Below, piece by piece: positions 57,201-64,000 of a DNA stretch of 64,000 nt. Position 1 is the stretch's first letter. Every line of letters begins with the position of its first letter. Below the pieces are notes generated by a model, which worked only from the letters and a program-made list of their open reading frames with translations, was not told where the DNA came from and ran no database searches. This DNA is from Paragordius varius (taxonomy: Eukaryota; Animalia; Nematomorpha), in contig OZ176051.1 of the NCBI GenBank assembly GCA_964247055.1, forward strand, positions 13,888,001-13,952,000, written 5' to 3'. A program made the translations under genes and the position numbers.

Positions 57201-57511
57201 ATTTTATACTTTGGAAATAAAATACAATTAGTTAAATTTAAATTAATCAATGGTTGTCTTTTAGGGTAAAAAAATATTTGTATTCTTTATATTTTTACGT
57301 ATAATTAAAATTTTTACTGTAATACTCCGATGATTGTGATATCAAAAGATGAAACAACCCATTACATGGACCTGTATCGTGAAGAATGGTGCGAAAATAA
57401 TGCTGTGATGATGTATGGAACGAAAATTGAATCATTTGCATTCAAAATATCCAAGGCTGTAATCAAAGAAATGAACCCTAAAATGTTGCGAACATTAACA
57501 TTGTGGCGAGA

Positions 57512-57569
<58 letters not shown>

Positions 57570-60500
57570 ATTTAATTTTATTTTTTTTTATTGCTAAAAA
57601 CTGTCTAAATATTGTTTTTTTCATGCTTAAATCCGATAAATTTTAGGTTTAAAGATCATGCGTTTTAGTTTAAAATATTAATAGGGTTTTTTATGAGCTT
57701 AAAAATATAGTTGGACAAATTTTACCCTAAACTGACACATCGACATAACTGCATCTAATTTTTGTCGCATAATTATTTTTAACCAAAATATTCTATCATT
57801 TTGACCAAAAAATAATTTTTTAATATATATATACATATTTAGGGGTGTCGATTATAACCTGTATAAAGATGATAAGATTCAAAAATTTGAGCTAGAACTC
57901 CAAATATGGAGTCATGATTTCACAAGTGAATTTGAACATGCCTGGAAAACGTTTCAAATCTATCTTACGCAAAACTATGCAATACACTTCGAGTAAGCTA
58001 TATAATCAATCACATTTAATTATTTTAATAGAGGGACGGACATGATAACATTAGTAATACAAAGTTTCTAATTTCGGTTTTGCCCACACTTATAAACTCA
58101 CACTCATCCATTATTTGCAATAAAATTTGATTTTTTGGGTTAAATAAATTACTTTTTTTGCGCCCACCCTTATTTAACCTACCTAATTTTTTCGATGCAG
58201 TGCATGTGTTAGGTAGCAAGCAAACCCATTATTGGGAAAGCTTGATCATATTTTACTATATGGTTTTTCATGTATTTTTTGAAAAACATATTAAAAAAGA
58301 ATGGTATATATAAGGATTCAAATTTTCTCTAGATATAAAAATTATGTCAGGTGTCTACGACTACTGTTTATGCCAGGGATATCCAGCACAAATATCATGG
58401 CGGCATTGATTTATTTTAGCCCCGAATTATGGAAGAAAGATCTTTTAAACGGGATGCAAAGACCGACTCCCACCTGCTCGCGGGGCATCCTGGGTAACGC
58501 TAACGGAAGCGGCACTGTTTGTAAAGAACAGTCAATGAACATCAATCCACAAGGAGGAAAACTAGTGTGTGGGGCGTGGCGGAATTGAGATTGGCTGTCT
58601 CATTTTCTTACAAAATACCACAATGCTTGTATTCACACATGGTTGCGGATTTATCTGGGCGCTATAACCAGCAGCCAGATGATAATAACGAAAAATATAA
58701 GTTCTTAAAACAAAAGATGGAGTGGGAGCCAAAGCCCGGAAAGGCGCATACCTTGGCCGTACACTTAAATCTACAAACGGGTTGAGAGATTTGAAGGCTT
58801 TTCAGACACTCTCTAGCCTACTGGTACAGCGAATAAGGTACTCTCTCCTCCGAGTTAAGAGGTTGGCTATAAGGGTATATAGTCAATCAAGCCTCATTAC
58901 ATTTACCATGTTTAACAGCGAAATAATAATGAATAAATACTTTTCAAAAAGCGTCCTTTGAAACTTTTTTTTATTATATTTTTATACTGCATATTTTATT
59001 AGAAATAATATATCTACGGAAAAGAGAAATGTTGTTATCGGAGAAAAAATCCTTTACTAATAAAAATAATGACTTAAAATTTGGTACATGGAATGTCGGA
59101 ACCCTTGTTGGAAAAGCTTGGATGATAATAAATGCGATTAAAGAACAAAAACTTGATATATGTTGTTCAAGAAACACGTTTTAAAAACGGAGTTAACTAT
59201 CGACACGAAGGTTTCACACTTTATTATGAAAGAGGAAAATCAGGGAAATCTGGAGTAGCCATAGCCATAAACGATCAGATAAAAGAAAATATAATTGACA
59301 TTACACGTCACAACGATAGAATTATTCAAATGCGAGTGGCTCTCAATAATACCACCCTTAACATACTATCCATGTATACCCCTCAACAGGGTCAAAATGA
59401 AACTACCAAACAGGGATTCTGGAATCAGCTTTATCAGATTGCACAAAATGTTCCCACAAATGACATACTTCTGATCGGCGGAGATTTTAATGGACACATT
59501 GGAAAGCACGCTGTTTTTTATGAAGGAATACACGGTGGAGTAGGTATTGGCTCTCGCAAAAAAGAGGGCGAAACCCTCTTAGAATTCTGCAGTGCTGCAG
59601 ATTTACTGATTTGTAACACTCACTTCAGTAAAAAACCCAGCCAAATCCACACATATAAAAGCGGAAATCACACATCGCAAATAGATTTTGTGTTGTTGAA
59701 CCAGCAATTAGAAAAATTATAACTTACTTCAAAACTTATGAATATGATACACAACATAAACTAGTAGTTGCTTTTTTAATATTAAATAAGAACCGACCTA
59801 GCCCTAAAAAATTGCCTCAACTTAACATAGCAAAACTTAGTGATCCTATAACAAAGCATCAATGCATTAACCAAATTACATCTGAGCTAAAACATTCCCC
59901 TAACAACGTTGATGACGGCTGGGAGCATCTAAAAAACAATCTTCGCTCAAACGTTTTCCAAAATCTGGGGAAGAAAACGTGCGAAAACAAAATCTCAATG
60001 GTGGTGGCAAAGCTATATTAAACCCTTATTGAATGAGAAAAGAGATGCCAGAAATTAAAAACTTAAAAGTTTTTAAAACACTAAAAAATATTAATAGTAA
60101 TAAAAAAGATATTCGGGTAGTGAAAGCCATAAAAGATAAAAATAACAACACAGTTACTGACACTCTTAGTATTCAAAATGTATGGACACAATACATGCAA
60201 AATGCACTCCAGCATTCACATTTCGAAATACCAAACTTACTTCCAGTTATTGGGCCACCCCCAATCATTACTGCGGAAGATGTGAGCTTAGCCATGCAAA
60301 AATGTAAAATCAATATAGCATCTGGTCCCACGGAAACTGAAATGTACAAAAATATTCCTGAAGCAATTACCTATTTCACAGAGCTATTTAATCTAATTAT
60401 AATGGAGGAAAAAATCCCAAACGACTGAGTGTCATAATTCCAATATATAAAAGGCGACATGCTTAACTGCGCCTTCTACAGACCATTAAAATTACTTGAA

Positions 60501-63500
60501 CACGCAACCAAATTATTCGAAATTATTATAGAAAAGAAAATACGTCAGCTTTGCTCGATTGACGAAAGTCAATTCGGTTTCCAACAGGGGATCAGCACCT
60601 CTGACGCCATATTCTTTCTTAGAAGGCTCTAAGAGAACTACAGATGCAAAAACAAAACCTTATATCACATCTTTATTGATTTAAGCCGGGCATTTGACTG
60701 CATCCCGCGGTCCATGATCACATTCGCGTTACCAAAAACAGAAATTCCGGAATGGATAATAAAAATAATAAGCTTACTATATGAGAATACTACTAGTTGC
60801 GTGAGAACTCCCGTGGGAGATACCCATCAATTTCCAGTAACTGTCGGACTACACCAGGGCTCCATCCTCAGTCCATTACTATTTATCATTACTATGGATC
60901 TAATAACTGATAAACAGGTTTACCTTTCGAGATGATACGACATAATACTAAAAGCCACCAGCGAAACAGCCATCATCAATAAATATAACCTCTGGAAATC
61001 TACGTTAGAAAAATTTGGCCTCAAAATTAACACAGATAAAACAAAGGCTTTATAACAGGCTCACCAGTACCAGTAGTAAAATTCCCTTGCTCCATTTGTC
61101 ACTCTGAAGTGAAACTTAATTCCATCAAATGCACTGAATGCCAGCTGTTGGTCCATAAAATTGCTAACAAATCAAAGAAAGTTTATTAGGCATTGAAAAT
61201 TTTGTATGTAAAGCTTGTACAACACCAGATATAAACAAACAATCCCACACAAACTATCTGCCTCCCATCTATAAACATCGAGGTAGTAAACAAGTACAAC
61301 TACCTGGGCGACACAATAGCATTAAAAACGCTATAACAACACGACATCAAGCTTGGACCAAATTCCATCAATTCAAGTATATAATGAAACACAAACACAT
61401 TTCAAACCCAAACAAGGGTAAAATCTACACGATTGCCATTCGCCCTGCCCTCACATATGCTAGCGAATGTTGGCCCCTAAATCAAACTAATGAAAATAAA
61501 TTATGTGCAAAAGAAAGATAAATCCTCAACTCATGTCTCACCAATCAGTACCACAATGAAACAAATAATAATAAAAGCATACATAGTCTGTTTCATATCG
61601 TACCTATGTCTTCTTTTCTCAGAGCAAATCGTCTCAGATACTGGGGCCACATTGAACGCTCAAATGGTTGGATTAGCAAAATTAGATCCTTTCATCCGAA
61701 CGGCAATTTAAAACGAGGCAGACCATACCATGATTGGGAAAAAACATCAACCATGACTTACACTTAACTCAATTGACCAAAGACCACTGTCTTGATCGCA
61801 AGTTATTTCGCTCAAAAATATGGAAGCTAGCACAAGCTGGAGAAACAACGACTTGATGATTGATGAAATATCTTTTAAATATCCATCCTAAATTTTGATT
61901 AAAATCCATTTTTTTATTTTTTAACATTTTTTAAAAGAACTTTTGCCTGGTTCATGTGCTAAAAAAATCTATTTTCCTACACTATAATACATAAAATACC
62001 CACATTTCCGACCTCATAAAAGCTGCTTTAAAGGGAGGGATACTTATTAAAACCATTCTCTCTCCGTAATAATAAATCACGAAATTTTTTTACACTTTAT
62101 TACTATATAATAGATTATTTTTCAAAACGCTTGGTCTTTTGGATTGTTATATGTGCATGGCCCTTATATCAGGTCAACCTGGTTGGAGTCGGCCTTTCTA
62201 TATTCAACATTCAAAAATTTTACATGTAGAAGGTGGACATAATCCGCTTGTTGGACTGCCAAGTTTTATTTTTTTCGCAAATTATTTTTTTTGACAAATT
62301 TATATAGAAGAGTATTTTTTGATGAATATGAAATTCCATTCATGTGGTATTAAATCTGATAAAATAAACCAAATTGAAAATTATAATGTTTTGTTTATAA
62401 AGTGAATCCGTTTATAAAACGACAATTGAAAATGGCATAGTGACTGCATATAATAGCCTATCGCGTAAAAAGATTTGATCTTATTTGTTGAAAATTAGTA
62501 TATGATCAAATATCTACTTAGAATACAGTAAAAATTAAAATAGGTTTTTTCATGATATTTATATATATATATATAGTGTGCATTTTGATAGTTGCTTTAT
62601 TGACACTATAGTAGGGCAATTTTCAACAGGAACGTATGGAAAAAGAAAGGAAATAATTGTTTATATAACATTTTGTTTTGTTGTTTTTTTCCATAAACTA
62701 TTGTATTGCAATTGCCCTACTATAGTGTGATATAAGCAATCATTAAAGTGCATACTGTATATATAGGATAAATTTGAAATAACCCGTAAAAATATAAAAT
62801 TAAATATTTGTTTTTAAAAGACAAACGACCCCATATTTTTTTGAACTTTTATTTTTTTTCTTTGTATACTTATTTAATTACAATATTAAAACAAATACAG
62901 TATGAGTAAGTACACATTGCTAGAAAGTTATTGATTATTGCCAAATATAGTAAATACAACAAAGGGCAGTATTATTGGCTTATAGTTATTTTTTCACTTT
63001 AGCCTATATCCCTTTGTTGTATTTACTATATTTGGCAATAATCAATAACTTTCTAGCAATGTATACTTACTCATACTGTAATTTCATATTTTGCAATTTA
63101 AAACATATAAATTATATTTTTACTGTATAATCAAGGTATTTTAAAAAATTAGAGTGATCTTTAGAAAAATTTATTATTATGTTTTCAATTATTCTTCTTT
63201 TTCAAATATACCTTATCATATATATAGATGATTGTGTTACGAATGATACCCTGTTGGATATGGAGAATAGACCATTGATATTGCTTACGGGTGCACACGG
63301 CAGTGGGAAAAGTTCCTATCTCCTTAGCCTATTTCACATGGCCTGGTTGGCTCAAATAGGTTGTTATGTCCCTGCCCTGAAATATATTACAGCCACATAC
63401 GATGTTTTAGCCTACGTGTAATTATTGACTCTCTCTTTTATGCCTTATTTTACTAGATAATTTTAGGGAAAGGGCGAGGGCGGTGTGTGGTTAAAATTAA

Positions 63501-64000
63501 GTCGGAACGAATAATATGTGTGTTTGTTTGATTGATTATAAAATATCCATAATAAGGTGTTTTTAGCAAACTTTGAGTCATACATAGGTATATCATGTCT
63601 TTTCATTTTTTATATCTTAATTGATAAAATTTATCAAAATACAAATTTTTACAACGCTTTTCTACGTTGTTGTTATGAAAACTGTTTTTTGGAGGGGGAG
63701 GGGGTTCAAAAAGGTTGATTTATCAGGTTTTATGGTTCCGGCTTTAGTTTAAAATTCATTATATCCTTATAGGTTATCTGGAATAAGTAGCTCTAATACA
63801 GAAAACCATACAATGGCAGCCTATAATTTCGGCGGTGTTAGTCGAACCCTGAATGCAATTACACAAAATTCTCTTGTCTTTTTCGATGATAATTATTCCC
63901 AAGGCGTATATAATCATAATTGGGCTCAAACGAATTTGTCGTCTATGTCTTTTGAATCATTAAAGAGTTCATCTTTTAACTTGAGTTATGCCGCCTTATA
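48208..64000 (+). CDS. MSH3: Divergent MutS homologue, MSH3-like (3' end beyond window), >1140 aa
   Basis: Exons: 48208-48888, 49350-49703, 50843-51045, 51400-51506, 51858-52021, 52267-52590, 53118-53445, 54733-54847, 55890-56161, 57349-57511, 57843-57992, 62114-62262, 63228-63417, 63773->64000; phases consistent, no internal stop. Domain I-like RQFSEMKEK..PDTILVIK..YLFGDDSK; domain II VEKLLNHWRPVEIF; core FLREPTQDLTLLEERLDIVGEL; TLGLLDCYMCMALISGQPGWSRP; LHVEGGHNPLV; P-loop LILLTGAHGSGKSSYL..LAQIGCYVPA; NSLVFFDD. GKSSY and LFGDDS best match MSH3 (GKSSY, FFGEDA). Some donors (49704, 52022, 62263) and the 57349 acceptor are weak. Confidence 0.8.
49906..50157. mobile_element. MITE family A copy (MSH3 intron 2)
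   Basis: TA|CAGTAAAAATTG...TTTTTACTG|TA. Confidence 0.87.
50630..50765. repeat. Small fold-back palindrome in MSH3 intron 2
   Basis: AGCGTATG..AAAACAATATTACTCCATAGAAGAA / TTCTTCTATGGAGTAATATTGTTTT..CATACGCT. Confidence 0.8.
51091..51363. mobile_element. MITE family E copy filling most of MSH3 intron 3
   Basis: CATTTACAGTTTAAATTCACCC...GAATTGTAAATGG|TA. Confidence 0.8.
52601..52890. mobile_element. MITE family A copy, 10 nt after the MSH3 exon 6 donor
   Basis: TIRs and TA flanks. Confidence 0.85.
53493..53765. mobile_element. MITE family A copy (left end truncated)
   Basis: GAAATTATACGGACAAAATG...CAATTTTTACTG|TA. Confidence 0.8.
54429..54710. mobile_element. MITE family A copy ending just before MSH3 exon 8
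   Basis: TIRs and TA flanks. Confidence 0.82.
57054..57319. mobile_element. MITE family A copy ending ~30 nt before MSH3 exon 10
   Basis: TIRs and TA flanks. Confidence 0.85.
57513..57567. repeat. (TA)n microsatellite directly after the MSH3 exon 10 donor; one of many
   Basis: Other long (TA)n tracts at ~6985-7017, 15030-15054, 23762-23813, 28034-28064, 29454-29488, 41245-41272, 41668-41692 and 43048-43090. Confidence 0.95.
58451..58594 (+). ncRNA. HDV-like self-cleaving ribozyme at the 5' end of the RTE element
   Basis: P1 GGGATGC(58451-57)/GCATCCT(58485-91) with a G.U first pair; P3 ACC/GGG; L3 TGCTCGC; GG for P1.1 (58492-93); P4 ACGCT/GGCGT with a long insert containing hairpin ACTGTT..AACAGT; J4/2 GGCGGAA with candidate catalytic C58580; P2 CCGACTC/GAGATTGG. 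G1 coincides with the TSD boundary. Folded by eye. Confidence 0.8.
58451..61864 (+). mobile_element. Full-length RTE-clade non-LTR retrotransposon (decayed) in MSH3 intron 11
   Basis: APE endonuclease (LKFGTWNVGTL, QETRF, GVAIAI, IGGDFNGHIG, QIDFVL) and RT (YRPLKLL, QFGF, FIDLSRAFD, GLHQGSILSPLLF, IRPALTYASECW) in frameshifted ORFs ~59030-61700. TGAT/TGA-repeat tail. TSD GAAAGATCTTTTAAAC (58435-58450) / GAAATATCTTTTAAAT (61865-61880). Confidence 0.92.
62898..63078. mobile_element. Fold-back MITE family C (TA|CAGTATGAGTAAG...CTTACTCATACTG|TA)
   Basis: ~70-bp near-perfect arms; relatives at 48950-49127 and 44380-44496. Confidence 0.85.

Noticed and set aside
57330-57575. IYIYIY C-terminal repeat protein
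   Set aside because: Translation of the intronic (TA)n tract after the GTATAT donor at 57512.
58032-58430. Candidate MSH3 exons with an in-frame TGA (possible readthrough/selenocysteine), plus ORFs 58025-58219 and 58301-58588
   Set aside because: The phase-compatible exon with the expected LDC..RP..GHNP motifs lies at 62114-62262, so this stretch is intron or LINE 5' UTR.
48208-64000. MSH4/MSH5 (meiotic MutS-gamma) or MSH6 identity
   Set aside because: A domain I-like segment is present (absent in MSH4/5), and GKSSY and LFGDDS fit MSH3; there is no PWWP domain or F-x-E motif for MSH6. Not proven without a phylogeny.

Overview
AT-rich, intron-containing animal (invertebrate) genomic DNA; the species cannot be determined from the sequence. 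I manually spliced three host genes using GT-AG junctions with consistent phases: (1) a 12-exon SLC6 monoamine transporter of the DAT/NET/octopamine type (minus, 14009->1983); (2) a 6-exon DAPK-family DRAK/STK17 kinase (minus, 39361->31158); (3) a >=14-exon MutS homologue most like MSH3 (plus, 48208->beyond 64000), whose reading frame is intact but whose ATPase and mismatch-binding motifs are strongly degenerate. The rest is transposon-rich. It includes a decayed Mag-clade Ty3/Gypsy LTR element with LTRs, PBS and TSD; a full-length RTE LINE with a 16-bp TSD that starts exactly at an HDV-like ribozyme and lies in sense orientation in an MSH3 intron; a Mos1-like mariner relic; three non-autonomous Helitrons carrying ~160-bp tandem monomers arranged as higher-order repeats; a 2.7-kb near-perfect palindrome whose loop is an RTE reverse-transcriptase fragment; and many TA-, TTAA- and hAT-type MITEs and fold-back elements. 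No rRNA, tRNA or CRISPR array was recognised. Comparisons to known proteins and RNAs are from recalled motifs, not database searches.
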